Source: a virus (Duplodnaviria > Caudoviricetes). Taken from it: DNA of 59,357 nt. This document shows, in pieces, positions 42,135 to 51,924 of this stretch (within the stretch, counting starts at the first letter, position 1; every line of letters begins with the position of its first letter). The stretch is from positions 1-59,357 of IMG/VR virus record IMGVR_UViG_3300033148_005636; one strand, 5' to 3'. Both the position numbers and the translations under genes were made by a program. The notes below the pieces were generated by a model, which made no database searches, was not told the origin of the DNA, and saw only the letters and a list, made by a program, of their open reading frames with translations.

Positions 42135-44267
42135 CTATCTCACCAACTGCGTCCGCTGCCGCCCCCGCGCCCGTTCGTACTCGCGCTGGGCAAGCTCGCC
42201 GATACGCCGCTCGTCATTCGTCTGGATGACAATCGTGGAGCCGTAGCCTCCCGCCGCCTGATATTGTCCCGCGCCCGTCACGTAGGGCGAGCCCCACCGA
42301 CGGTACGCGTAGCCCGCAATCGACGGATAGACGCCACTTGCGAACCGCAGACCCCAATCGACCATGTGACGATACGCGCCGAACGCCCGCTCGCCCAGGC
42401 CCGCTTCCGGCCCGCCCTGCTGCCAGCCGCGGTAGGCGGCGCTGCCGACATCATAGGCCGTTGTCGCCACCGCCACCGCGGGAATGGCACGGCCTGCAAC
42501 TCCGCCCACCCGTCCCAGCCATGGTGCTACACGCCCGAGCCATCCGCCCGCCGCCCCCCCTCCCGCCACCTCAGCCCCACCAGCGGCAGCGCCGCCACCG
42601 AGCAACCTCGTCATCGCCTGCCCACCAAGCGCCTGTAGCGCACCTCCCGCAAGCGGCTTCCCCACCGCAAACGCCCCCGCCAGGAACATCGCCGCATACG
42701 GATGCTTCTCGACGAAGTTGGCTATCCGTGTTATGACGCGCGCCAGAATCGGGGCAAGCTGCACAAGGGCCCGAGAAGTCGCGATGATGGCCTCCGCCAT
42801 CGCGACGAATGCGTTCTTCAGGCCCTCGACGAACTTCTGCCACTGCTCCTCGCCGCCGAATAGCTCAGCCCCGAGCTTGTTGATGAACGCTTTGACGCGC
42901 GTGATTACGTCCCCGAAGCCAGCCATCAGCGCGTCGCCAACCTGCTTGACGAAGCGCCCCAACGCCTCCTTCGCAGACCCCTCCGTCCCGAAGCTCGCCC
43001 ACAGTCCGCGCAGCGCGTTCAATACGCCTCGCACCACCGCCCCGACCCGCCGCCCGAGTTGCTCAGCCCATCCTGCCTGGCTGATCTGCTGGGCTATGTT
43101 GCGGAGTATGTCCACGAACCCGCGCGCGCTTGGGTTTATCCCGCGCGCGAACTCGACGGACAGCTTCTGCACATCCCCGACGAATGACCGCCACTGCCCC
43201 TGCAGCGTATTAAGCTGCTGCTGCTGCATGTCATACGCGCGGTTCGTGCCCGTGATCTGTTCGCGCAGCCGCGCGTACTCCTCGATGTTGCGGCGCAGGA
43301 TCATGACCGCGCCCGCCGCCCGGACGCCGAATATCTTCGCGAGCAGGTCCGGCGGCAGCTTCTGCAGCTTCTGCATTACGTCAACCAGACCGTGCGTCTT
43401 GATGTTGAGGTCGGCAACGGACAGCCCGTATCGAGCGAGCGCCTTCTGGTTCTCCTTGCTCACGTTCAGCAGGCTGTAGAGCGTCATGCGCAACTGCGTC
43501 CCGGCCATGCTCGCGTCGAGCCCGCGGTTGACAAGCAATGCCAGCGCCGCCAGCGTGTCCTCCAATTGCAGCCCGAACTCCGCCGCCGCCGCGCCGACGT
43601 ACGGCAATGACACGGCCAGTCGGGTCATGTTCATCCGGCTCTTGCCAATCGTAGCAGCGAGAGCGTTGACGATGCGATCCGTATCCTCGGCATTCAGCCG
43701 GAACATCTTCATCGTGCTCGTGACCAGTTCGGTCGTGAGCCCCATGTCGGCCAGCGTGCCTTCCGCCAGCGCCAGCACGCCGGGCATTGTTCGCATCACC
43801 TCGTCGATGCTCAACCCCGCGCTGGCAAGAGCGTAGAACCCGTCCGCAATCTCCGTCGCCATCTTGTTGGACTGCTGAGCGAGCGCAAGCCCGAAGTCCG
43901 ACAGCTTCGCGCGCGCTTCCGTAAACGCGTCGCCCACGAGGCCCGTGACCGTCAGCGCATTCACGACCGCCTGCTCGTAATCAGCGAAGGCATTCAGCGC
44001 CCGTCGGCCTATCTCCTCGGCAATCACTGCGCCCGCCACGACCGCCATGCGCGCCATGTTCCACAGGCGCCGGGCGACGTTAGCCACCGTCCGCCCGATG
44101 GCCGCAAGCGCCCGCGCCCCGACGCGCCCCATCACGCGGAAGCCGGTATTCACGCGCTGGGCATACCGCTCGATCCCCCGCAGGTCACGTTGCGTCTGGC
44201 GGTACGCCTGCTGGCCCTGGCGCTTTGCCCCCAAGACTACGCCATATTCTATCGTTCGTGACGGCAT
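42135..44267 (-). CDS. Tail tape measure protein (TP901 family)
   Basis: EIADGFYALASAG, PGVLALA, RGLDASMAGTQLR, IFGVRA motifs. Confidence 0.92.
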   Translation of the reverse strand: MPSRTIEYGVVLGAKRQGQQAYRQTQRDLRGIERYAQRVNTGFRVMGRVGARALAAIGRTVANVARRLWNMARMAVVAGAVIAEEIGRRALNAFADYEQAVVNALTVTGLVGDAFTEARAKLSDFGLALAQQSNKMATEIADGFYALASAGLSIDEVMRTMPGVLALAEGTLADMGLTTELVTSTMKMFRLNAEDTDRIVNALAATIGKSRMNMTRLAVSLPYVGAAAAEFGLQLEDTLAALALLVNRGLDASMAGTQLRMTLYSLLNVSKENQKALARYGLSVADLNIKTHGLVDVMQKLQKLPPDLLAKIFGVRAAGAVMILRRNIEEYARLREQITGTNRAYDMQQQQLNTLQGQWRSFVGDVQKLSVEFARGINPSARGFVDILRNIAQQISQAGWAEQLGRRVGAVVRGVLNALRGLWASFGTEGSAKEALGRFVKQVGDALMAGFGDVITRVKAFINKLGAELFGGEEQWQKFVEGLKNAFVAMAEAIIATSRALVQLAPILARVITRIANFVEKHPYAAMFLAGAFAVGKPLAGGALQALGGQAMTRLLGGGAAAGGAEVAGGGAAGGWLGRVAPWLGRVGGVAGRAIPAVAVATTAYDVGSAAYRGWQQGGPEAGLGERAFGAYRHMVDWGLRFASGVYPSIAGYAYRRWGSPYVTGAGQYQAAGGYGSTIVIQTNDERRIGELAQREYERARGRQRTQLVR

Positions 44268-44673
44268 CGGCTACCTCGGCGAGCAGCGACAGGATGTGTT
44301 GCCATGCCTCGATGCGCCACCGTGCGTGGGCGTCTATCGGCTGGCCGCTCGGCGGCTGCCCCGTGCGCTCCAGCCACAGCGCCTCCTCCCACAGCGCCGC
44401 AATCCAGTGCAGCAGCGCCCGTTCGGATACATCGCAGAAACGCTCCTGCAACAACTGTCTCTCGCGCTCCCGCCGTGCGGCCTCGCGTTGCGCCGCTATC
44501 CGCCGCAACCGCCGACGCTCCTCCGGCGGCGACTGCAGCGTCACGACAGGCCCGTCCGTCGGCTCGGTCTCTATCTCCACCTCCGGCTGCGTCAGTTGCC
44601 AGAGCCCGCGCTCCTGCCCTGTCCGCTCGTCCTCGATTAGTCTCTCCGCAAGCCGGGCTGTTCGGACAAAAAA
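44185..44673 (-). CDS. Tail assembly chaperone extension reached by -1 frameshift (G-T type)
   Basis: GCT TTT TTG slippery run (44668-44673); the -1 frame reads FVRTARLAERL... into ORF 44185..44580. Confidence 0.7.
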   Translation of the reverse strand, partial: FFVRTARLAERLIEDERTGQERGLWQLTQPEVEIETEPTDGPVVTLQSPPEERRRLRRIAAQREAARRERERQLLQERFCDVSERALLHWIAALWEEALWLERTGQPPSGQPIDAHARWRIEAWQHILSLLAEVADAVTNDRIWRSLGGKAPGPAGVPPDAT

Positions 44674-45161
44674 GCCTCGAACGCCTCTCGCGCGTCGCCC
44701 GTCCGCCCCGCAACGTAGTCCATCGCGCCCTCGATGTAATCGGCCAGCTTGGGCGACATGCTCTCATAGACGGCGAGGTTGTGCTCGTTGCGCCCCTCTT
44801 TCTCGCGCTTGTAGGTCACGCGCCCGCAGGCATTGCCGTCCGCGTCAACATGCGGCAGGCAGAAGTCCACAATCTGCGCGTAGCACTTCTCAAGGAAAAT
44901 CGCCCAGCCATCCACGGTCCCCGCGAACTGAGCGCGCTCGGGCTCGCCATCGCCCCCGAGTTCGACCCGGTCGGCGCGGAACGTGAGGCCCGCCGGTTCG
45001 ATCCGCCGCTCACCGCGATTGTCCGGCGCCCGCACCTCGATGAAGTACTCTTGCGGCAGCGTCGGGATGCCGAACCGCACCGGCTGCCGCTCCATGACAA
45101 TCCCGAACTGCGCCCAGTCGCCGCCTGCCCTCTGCTCTTCATCTTTGCGCTCGTCGCTCAT
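44637..45161 (-). CDS. Tail assembly chaperone
   Basis: Between the tail tube and tape measure genes, with a slippery site near its 3' end. Confidence 0.7.
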   Translation of the reverse strand: MSDERKDEEQRAGGDWAQFGIVMERQPVRFGIPTLPQEYFIEVRAPDNRGERRIEPAGLTFRADRVELGGDGEPERAQFAGTVDGWAIFLEKCYAQIVDFCLPHVDADGNACGRVTYKREKEGRNEHNLAVYESMSPKLADYIEGAMDYVAGRTGDAREAFEAFLSEQPGLRRD

Positions 45162-45164
45162 CGT

Positions 45165-45473
45165 CTACCTCCCGTTGTCTGTGTCCCGCAGTCTGCCAAT
45201 CCACTCCCGACACTTCCGCACGCCTCTGGCGTATCGCCCGATGTGTATCCACGCCCCGCGTGTTTCCGCCGCGCACAGGGCGTCCCGAAACTCCTGCGTC
45301 TCGGTATCGCCGCGCAGTTCGAAGGCTATGCTTCCCTCCCGCGCCTGCCGGTCCCCCTCTTCACGCAACGCCTCCGCATCAGCGGCATCAAGTACGCGCG
45401 CGCCGACAATCGGAAACCCACATGCGTGCAACACGGCGGCACGCGTTATGCTCGTGGTCACGTAACCACCCAT
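45165..45473 (-). CDS. Hypothetical protein
   Basis: Tiling; start uncertain (45473 or 45497). Confidence 0.55.
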   Translation of the reverse strand: MGGYVTTSITRAAVLHACGFPIVGARVLDAADAEALREEGDRQAREGSIAFELRGDTETQEFRDALCAAETRGAWIHIGRYARGVRKCREWIGRLRDTDNGR

Positions 45474-45493
45474 GCGCTCTCTCCCTCCCTGCA

Positions 45494-46405
45494 TCATGTC
45501 TCCGCGATGGTGATCGGCGCCGTCGTACCGTCCGCGCTCGACAGCGCCGTGAACGGCACGCCCTCCTCGATGATCGTCTGGCTCGCATCGCCACCGGCGT
45601 GCAGCGCCTGCCCGGTGTAGACAATGCGCGGCAACTCGATAGTCACCGTCCCGACGGCAGACCGCTCGCAGACTATCTTCAGCGCCGCTTCCTGACCGTT
45701 GAGGAAGTCGTTGTAGACTGCCGCGTCGATGAAGCGCCGGTCAAACGTGCCGGTCACGAGTTGAATGCCGTTTGCCAGATACTGCGGGTAGAGTTGCGTG
45801 TTGATGGCCGCGCCATCCCCGGCGCTCTCGACCTGATTGTCGATCTCGATGGTGACGTTGTGGACGGCGTTCGTGGTGGCGTACGCGCCGCCGCCGGTCT
45901 TCATCTCGATGTAGCTCTCGTGCTTCTCATACGGCGTCGTCGTCACCGCGTCCTCGCTCGTCAGGTCAACGCCCGTGTCGCCGAACTTGCCCGTCACGTC
46001 CATCCGCCACATCGGCGTCCCGGAACCCGTGAACTCCAGCCGCGCCGACGCGCACTTGCAATCCCGGAACTTCCGCCGCGTAGTGACGAACTCCACCGCA
46101 ATCGTCGCCCACTTGCCCTGCCCGTCGGAGTCGCGCGTGATGATCCAGTCGATCAGATCGGAGCTACCGCCCGGTATCGGCCACAGCGTCAGGCTGCCCG
46201 ATACCGACTGCACCTCCCGCAGGTAGTGGTTCTGGTACTGTACGCCGTCCGCCCAGTCCAGAAACGAGTAGGCGGGGTCTTCGCTGAGACTCTCGGCCTC
46301 GGGCAGGCGCCAGACCGTAAACGATCCCGCCGCCGTAATATCCTCGCCCTCGCTGTTCTGGAGCGCGAAGCCGAGCTTTGTCCGCTTGCGTTGTATCAGG
46401 CTCAT
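45494..46405 (-). CDS. Major tail tube protein
   Basis: 303 aa beta-rich; VTGTF...TIELPRIVY pattern; position. Confidence 0.78.
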   Translation of the reverse strand: MSLIQRKRTKLGFALQNSEGEDITAAGSFTVWRLPEAESLSEDPAYSFLDWADGVQYQNHYLREVQSVSGSLTLWPIPGGSSDLIDWIITRDSDGQGKWATIAVEFVTTRRKFRDCKCASARLEFTGSGTPMWRMDVTGKFGDTGVDLTSEDAVTTTPYEKHESYIEMKTGGGAYATTNAVHNVTIEIDNQVESAGDGAAINTQLYPQYLANGIQLVTGTFDRRFIDAAVYNDFLNGQEAALKIVCERSAVGTVTIELPRIVYTGQALHAGGDASQTIIEEGVPFTALSSADGTTAPITIAET

Positions 46406-46448
46406 CGCTACCTACCACCTCCGGCACCTCTCGCGCCGAGGTTAGTCA

Positions 46449-46952
46449 TTACGTGTACTCTCCGGCTTCTCGCCCTATCTTCACCCGCACGTCTATGCCC
46501 GCGGCCCGCACGCGCCGCGAGAACCCTTCGATGTTCAGCCCCGGCGTCGTGCTGCACCGCATCGCCAGCAGAATGTCCTCCGCCGCGCCGCCCAGCGTCA
46601 TGTTGTCGTAATCGTCGAGCACGGCTGCAATCGCGTCCGCATACGCGGCCAGCGCCTCGTCAGCCTCCTCCGGGTCGTCGTCATGGATGACCACAAGCAC
46701 CCGGAAATCGTACAGGCGCTCGATGTACGTGTCCGCCCCGCCGATGGATGGCCCGGCGCCGCCCTCGCCCTGCGCCCAGCCCATGAAGCGCACCACAACC
46801 GCCGGGCATTCGTGCGTGCTGCGCGGCTCGTCCCGCTTGCTGAACCACGTTTCGATGGGCGGCAGGTTCAGCGCGGTCAACTTCGCGGGCAGGTCGGCCT
46901 GCAGCGCCGACAGCAGCCCGGCCCTGATTGCGTTCGCGTAGGTGGTCGCCAT
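46449..46952 (-). CDS. Tail terminator/completion protein
   Basis: PAVVV...MTLGG motif; position before the tail tube gene. Confidence 0.65.
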   Translation of the reverse strand: MATTYANAIRAGLLSALQADLPAKLTALNLPPIETWFSKRDEPRSTHECPAVVVRFMGWAQGEGGAGPSIGGADTYIERLYDFRVLVVIHDDDPEEADEALAAYADAIAAVLDDYDNMTLGGAAEDILLAMRCSTTPGLNIEGFSRRVRAAGIDVRVKIGREAGEYT

Positions 46953-46956
46953 CCCC

Positions 46957-47451
46957 TCAGTCCTCGACGAACAGGTGCTGCATGATGATGCCCGCCCACG
47001 CCTCGTCCTGCTCCCGCGTGGGGCGGATGGCCTCGCGCTTGGGCAGGTTGCCCGCGCCCACGGCGTGCAGCAGGCCGAGGTTGAACATGCGGCCCTTCTT
47101 GCCCACGACCGCAAGGCTTCCGATGACCAGACTGTCGCGCTCTATGAACCGGACCGCCGTCGGCCAGTTGCTATCCGTCAGCGATTGCGCGAGGTCCCCG
47201 CGCGCCACCAGTATCGGCATGTCGCCGAAGAGCCACTGCTTCCGCTTGCGATAGCGGTCGCTGAGCGCCCTCCAGCGGGGACGCCCTCCGTACGCGCCGC
47301 TGGCCTCGAATACCTCCTCCTGCTCGCCCTCGAACTGCGCCACGATACCGCGCCACGCGGGCGTCAGGTCGGCCTGTGCGCGCAATGCCTTATCGATGAC
47401 GGCCATCGTCTCCTCGAAGCCGTACGTGACGACCGAGAGTTCAACGCCCAT
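46957..47451 (-). CDS. Virion morphogenesis/neck protein (Mu gpG-like)
   Basis: WRALS..Y, ILVARGDLAQSL, LPKR motifs. Confidence 0.75.
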   Translation of the reverse strand: MGVELSVVTYGFEETMAVIDKALRAQADLTPAWRGIVAQFEGEQEEVFEASGAYGGRPRWRALSDRYRKRKQWLFGDMPILVARGDLAQSLTDSNWPTAVRFIERDSLVIGSLAVVGKKGRMFNLGLLHAVGAGNLPKREAIRPTREQDEAWAGIIMQHLFVED

Positions 47452-47903
47452 TACCACTCATCGCTCCGCGCAAACCACGCGTCGAGATAGTCCTGTTCCG
47501 TGCTCGTGAGTGAGTCGTACCCGTCCTCCAGGTCGAGCCCAGGGCCATCCGTCGCGACGCTGGCATCGCTCAGTTCGTCCTCGCCGCTGAGGATGCGCGC
47601 AAGCTCGTCCATGACCTGCTTTTCGAGCCCGTCGGCGTGCGCGTTGCGCTCCTCGGGGTCGTCGTTGGCGTGGAACCATTGCAGCGCCCGCGCCGCCGTC
47701 AGCCGCGCACACAGAGACACTATCCGCCGGTAGGCAATCGGATTCGCCGCGCTCGTCACAGGCAGCGAGTAGACTGTGCCCAACATCCCGGTCACCAGGT
47801 CCTCGCACGCCTGCTGGACCGTCGTCCCGTAGTTCCGCAGGTCCACGTTGCCCTGGAACCCCGACGGAATGTGCTCCTCGATGTCCGCCCAGTCAGCGTA
47901 CAC
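47451..47903 (-). CDS. Head-tail adaptor (Mu gp36/DUF1320-like)
   Basis: YADWADI...YSLPV...LARILSG. Confidence 0.7.
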   Translation of the reverse strand: MYADWADIEEHIPSGFQGNVDLRNYGTTVQQACEDLVTGMLGTVYSLPVTSAANPIAYRRIVSLCARLTAARALQWFHANDDPEERNAHADGLEKQVMDELARILSGEDELSDASVATDGPGLDLEDGYDSLTSTEQDYLDAWFARSDEW

Positions 47904-47908
47904 TCGCC

Positions 47909-48265
47909 CTACCCCTCAAGCGGCATTTCATCGTGCGCGAGGTCCCGCCATGTCTTAAATGCAGGCTGCTTCGTCCGCTGCACGCTCGCGAGCTCCTTGC
48001 GCAGCATGTCGCGCCGCTGGTTCGCGCCCCACATATCCACATTGTCCGGGGCGCGCCCCTTTGCCTCGGCGCGCGCGATCTCGACCTCCAGCCAGCGGAT
48101 GTACGCGCTACGGTCGAGGTAGTGGCCCGCCGCCGTCTGGAACACCGCGCCCTCCGGCAACTGCGGTTCGCTCACGCGTTCAAGGTCGTCCGCGCTCAGC
48201 ACCTGCGGCCCGTCATCGACCTTCTCCTCGGTCGTCCTCTCCTGGGTCTTCTCTGCGTCCTGCAT
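47909..48265 (-). CDS. Hypothetical protein
   Basis: AAGGAG RBS. Confidence 0.6.
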   Translation of the reverse strand: MQDAEKTQERTTEEKVDDGPQVLSADDLERVSEPQLPEGAVFQTAAGHYLDRSAYIRWLEVEIARAEAKGRAPDNVDMWGANQRRDMLRKELASVQRTKQPAFKTWRDLAHDEMPLEG

Positions 48266-48286
48266 TTTGCTCTCTCCTTTGTGCCC

Positions 48287-48646
48287 TCATATGCTCCCGA
48301 ACGCAATCAGCGTGACGGTCGCGCCATTGTCGCCGCCGTTCACGGCACGCACGCGGAACTGATAGGCGTTTATGTCCAGCCGCAAGACGCCACTACCGTC
48401 CGCGGTCAGCGTCTTGCTGCTGACGTAGTTGCCGCTGGCGGTGGTCAGGTCGCGCACCGGCACCCCCTGCCGCCACGTGCTCCCGTCCTCGCTGATGTCC
48501 ACGTACAGCACGACGGACTCGCTGCCCGCCCCGACATCGATGCTGTAGTAGATGTCAACGTGCCGGTACGCCGGAAACGTCACGGCCCCGCCCGTCAGCG
48601 TCTTGCCCGCCGCCACCGCCTGTGCATCCGCGATTATCTGCTCCAT
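48287..48646 (-). CDS. Hypothetical beta-sandwich virion protein
   Basis: GGAGGTG RBS; follows the capsid gene. Confidence 0.65.
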   Translation of the reverse strand: MEQIIADAQAVAAGKTLTGGAVTFPAYRHVDIYYSIDVGAGSESVVLYVDISEDGSTWRQGVPVRDLTTASGNYVSSKTLTADGSGVLRLDINAYQFRVRAVNGGDNGATVTLIAFGSI

Positions 48647-48670
48647 GTAGCACCTCCGCCCGCCTGGGCT

Positions 48671-48700
48671 GAGGGGCGGCGAGCGTCCCTGCCGCCCCTC
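48671..48700. terminator. Strong hairpin after the major capsid gene
   Basis: GAGGGGCGGC-10nt-GCCGCCCCTC. No clear U-tract on the minus strand, so it may be a stabiliser rather than a terminator. Confidence 0.45.
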
Positions 48701-48724
48701 CCTTTAGCGCGCTACGGCTATCCG

Positions 48725-49696
48725 TCAGTAGTCAAACGTCGGGTCCGTCCAACTCGCCCCGCCCAGGTAGATACAGGCACCGGCGCCGCGCTGCGTCACC
48801 TTCACGCTCCCATAGCGCCGGTACATCGTGACGACCTTCGTGAAGTCGTCTTCGGTCTCGGTGATGAGGTCCTTCCCCGGCCCCTCCACGTCGCGCCAGT
48901 AACACGGCTTGACGTTGGTGTCCACGATCAGGATGTAGTTCTCCGGCACCCAATCGTTCACCACGAGCGGCACGCCCGCAATGGTGATCGGCTTCTCGGG
49001 GAAAATCCCGGCCTCCTGCAACCGGGCAATCGTCGGCGTCGTGACGTAGTTACTGGTCGTGTTGAGTTCGGCCTTGCCCTCCAGCTTCTCCGCTTGCGCG
49101 GAGTTCATCCAGCCCATGAGGCCGCCGTTCTGGGCGTACCCATGCTCCAGGATGTCCTGCTTGGCCGCCGCAATGTGAGCCAGCGTCAGCGAGCCAGAGA
49201 CATTGTAGGCCAGGTAATGGTCGTGCGACGTGGTGAAGCTGTTCATCTTGTAGGCAGGCGGGGCTACGGACATACTCGCATCCCAGAAGCCCCCGTCCTT
49301 GAGCATCGCCGCGATGACAAGCTCCTGGATGAGCCGCTCGTCCGCCTTCATCGCGTCCTGCGCCAGGTCGCGAACCTCCTGCGAACTCAGCCCTCGCTCC
49401 CACGCCTCCTTCGTGTGCCCGACGGCCAGGTGATACTTCACCGGCTCGCTCAGGCTGATGTCGCGGTACAGGTAGCGGTCCCAGCCGGGTTCGCCATGAT
49501 CGTCGCCACCCGTCCGAAACCGCGCGGCACTCTGCGCCACGCGTACCGTCTTCTTCTCCGTCCGCACGCAGAACAGGTCACGGAACAACTCGCGCTCTGC
49601 GGCGGTCAGCTCGATGGACCGAGTAATCTCGGTGTAGAGTATCGAGCTGGGCACGTTGTCCGTGGTGATCAGTCCCTGCGGTGCTCCCACAGCCAT
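48725..49696 (-). CDS. Major capsid protein
   Basis: 323 aa, after protease and decoration genes; TIAGVPLVVNDWVPENY..., C-terminal RRYG. Confidence 0.8.
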   Translation of the reverse strand: MAVGAPQGLITTDNVPSSILYTEITRSIELTAAERELFRDLFCVRTEKKTVRVAQSAARFRTGGDDHGEPGWDRYLYRDISLSEPVKYHLAVGHTKEAWERGLSSQEVRDLAQDAMKADERLIQELVIAAMLKDGGFWDASMSVAPPAYKMNSFTTSHDHYLAYNVSGSLTLAHIAAAKQDILEHGYAQNGGLMGWMNSAQAEKLEGKAELNTTSNYVTTPTIARLQEAGIFPEKPITIAGVPLVVNDWVPENYILIVDTNVKPCYWRDVEGPGKDLITETEDDFTKVVTMYRRYGSVKVTQRGAGACIYLGGASWTDPTFDY

Positions 49697-49711
49697 CAGT
49701 CTACACCTCCA

Positions 49712-50098
49712 TTACGCGGTCGGAATGTTGTACGAGAGTTGCGGCTGGAAGTACCAGATCTTATCTGAAATCGCTACACCAATGGCCTGCTTGCCCGACC
49801 CGCCGGTCTGCGTTTCCGCGCCAGCGGTCGTGCTCAGGTAGACAAGCGCGCCCTTGGTGAGCGAGCTTCCGTCGTTACGCACGCCCTGCGTGATGATAGT
49901 CACCGGGTCGCCGCTGCTGGCGTCCGTGTCCACGGCGCCGATGCACGGGCGCAGGTCCGAGTCATCCGCATCGGCCTTGTACACCTTGCCGTCCGCCGAC
50001 TTGATGCACACGTTGTCGCCCGCCGACAGCGCCTGACCAGCCTCCAGCGAATCGGCCCAGCTACTATCAACCCTCACAAAGACAGCCACGCAGGTCAC
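49712..50098 (-). CDS. Capsid decoration/cement protein (DUF2190-like)
   Basis: KVYKADAD...IGAV...GALVYLS...IGVA; start uncertain. Confidence 0.7.
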   Translation of the reverse strand: MTCVAVFVRVDSSWADSLEAGQALSAGDNVCIKSADGKVYKADADDSDLRPCIGAVDTDASSGDPVTIITQGVRNDGSSLTKGALVYLSTTAGAETQTGGSGKQAIGVAISDKIWYFQPQLSYNIPTA

Positions 50099-50136
50099 CT
50101 CCTATCGTGGCGGCGCGCAACGTCCGCGCCGCGTGT

Positions 50137-51924
50137 TCAGATGTTTGCGCCGTACTGCGCCTTGATCGCCATGTCTATCGCCTTCTGCGCGTCGCGCGGG
50201 TCCGTCAGCTTCTCGCGCTCCGCGAACTGCACCGCCCGCCGCTTGGTGTCCTCGGCGACGTCGAACTTCTCGATGGCCTTCTCGATGCTCCCGGCCTCGG
50301 CCATCCCAATCGCCGACGTGCCCCACTCGCCCAGCGGCATCGTATCCAACCCGCCATCGCAGAACTCCACGAACTTCTCGCGCATCTCGTCCGGCAGCGC
50401 GAGGTAGATGTCGCGGGCAAGCTCGACGGCGTGCGGCGCGAGCCTTGCGGTGTAGCGCACGACGCCGCGCGCCTTCTCCACCTGCCCGTACTCGCCGAAC
50501 TCCATCCCGGCGAACAGGTCCTCGGCGGCGCGCATGGCCTTCTCGCGCTCAAGCTCCGTCAACCGCTCCTGCATGGCGATGAACTCCGCCATGCTCACGC
50601 TATCGCTCTCCTCTGTCTCTACCGCCTCCACGGGTTCCTCGGCAGCCTCCACAGCATCGTCATCCGGCTCCTGCTGTGCCTCGTCCGTCTCAGGCTCCGC
50701 GTCGGCCTCCGCGGTCACTTCCGCCCCGGCGTCCGGCTCGGCGGCCTCGACCGCTTCCTCCTGCTCTTCCGCCGCCTGCACTGCAGGTTCGGCCCTCTCT
50801 CCGGCGGCGGGCTCCGTGTCGGCGATGGTCTCCTCAGCTTCCACGACGTTCACGTCCTCCGGCATGTCGTCACCTCCTTCGTCGATTGCTGTGTACTCGG
50901 ACATAGCTACCTGCAACTCCGGCTGGCCCTTGAAGACCGGCCGGTTGGTCAGCCCCACGCTGCGCACCACGTACGGCACCTCGTTGCCCTCGCTGTCCAC
51001 ATAGGGCTTATCCCGCGTGTGCAGGACGGGGCTGATGTACTTGTACCGGCGCTCGCGGATGGCCTGCGCGCCCGGCGGGGTCCACTCGAACAGGCCCCAC
51101 ACTCCATCATCGCGCAGGTCAACGTCCTTCAGCCAGCCGTAGGCACCGTCCGTCGAAATGCGGTGGCCCTCAAGTTCATCGACGGGAATGTCCTGCCCGC
51201 GCACCCCCGCCTTAACGTTGTTCGCGAACTGCGCCGCGTCCTCCGGCGTGATCTCGACCATGCCGTAGCGCGGATGATGCCAGCGCCCCACGGGGACGAG
51301 CGGATGCCACGATTGCGGCAGCGCCTCGGCATCCTCGGCCTCGTCGCAGGCCAGCGCCTCCGGCTGCACCTCGGCCAGCGCCCGCACCTCGTCGTCGTCG
51401 AAGTACACGACGGGTTCGCTCGTCTCTATCCCCCGCCGCTTGAGTTCCTCCGCCAGGATGCGCCGCGCCTTCGCCTGCAGCCGCTTCTTCAGGTCCGCCG
51501 ACAGGTTGCTCTGCGGGATGCGCGCGATGGCGTTGCGCAGGTGCGGCAGGTCGATCTCTCCCTGCGCATTCCGGTACGGGAAGTGCCGCAGGGTGCGCGG
51601 CACCGTCCTGTCTGTCTCGTCCTTCTCCCCGCCCGGCTCGACGTACAGGAAGTCCTCGTCTTTGAGGTCGTTTATGTACGCCCTGCTCCACTCGGCCATA
51701 GCGACTTCACCGCCCTCCGTTGCGCGGCGCACCCACCTGCCGCCGCGCACAACATACCGCTTCTCAAACTGTGCCCACGCCACCGCCCACGGCGAGTCGA
51801 CCTTCCCCTCAGCCTCAAGCGCGTCCGCTATCTCAGCCACCCAATTCGCCTGTTCCAGCGTCAGCGGCACGTCCTTGTGCTTGCGCACCTGTGCGGGTAC
51901 ATCCTCCAGCCGGCTCCACGGCAT
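50137..51924 (-). CDS. Mu gpI-like prohead protease/scaffold with extra N-terminal domains
   Basis: GRWHHPRYG, AYGW, EWTPPG...YKYISP, VGLTNRP; acidic scaffold C-terminus; ChaB-like AVAWAQFEKRY and INDL.DEDF...RHFPY domains at the N-terminus. Confidence 0.85.
   Translation of the reverse strand: MPWSRLEDVPAQVRKHKDVPLTLEQANWVAEIADALEAEGKVDSPWAVAWAQFEKRYVVRGGRWVRRATEGGEVAMAEWSRAYINDLKDEDFLYVEPGGEKDETDRTVPRTLRHFPYRNAQGEIDLPHLRNAIARIPQSNLSADLKKRLQAKARRILAEELKRRGIETSEPVVYFDDDEVRALAEVQPEALACDEAEDAEALPQSWHPLVPVGRWHHPRYGMVEITPEDAAQFANNVKAGVRGQDIPVDELEGHRISTDGAYGWLKDVDLRDDGVWGLFEWTPPGAQAIRERRYKYISPVLHTRDKPYVDSEGNEVPYVVRSVGLTNRPVFKGQPELQVAMSEYTAIDEGGDDMPEDVNVVEAEETIADTEPAAGERAEPAVQAAEEQEEAVEAAEPDAGAEVTAEADAEPETDEAQQEPDDDAVEAAEEPVEAVETEESDSVSMAEFIAMQERLTELEREKAMRAAEDLFAGMEFGEYGQVEKARGVVRYTARLAPHAVELARDIYLALPDEMREKFVEFCDGGLDTMPLGEWGTSAIGMAEAGSIEKAIEKFDVAEDTKRRAVQFAEREKLTDPRDAQKAIDMAIKAQYGANI

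Noticed and set aside
45020-45055. Possible self-target: array C read as codons (V-E-Y-I-I-E-V-x-x-x-D) resembles QEYFIEVRAPD in the tail chaperone
   Set aside because: Only about half the positions agree over a short window, which is compatible with chance. I found no convincing self-target by eye.
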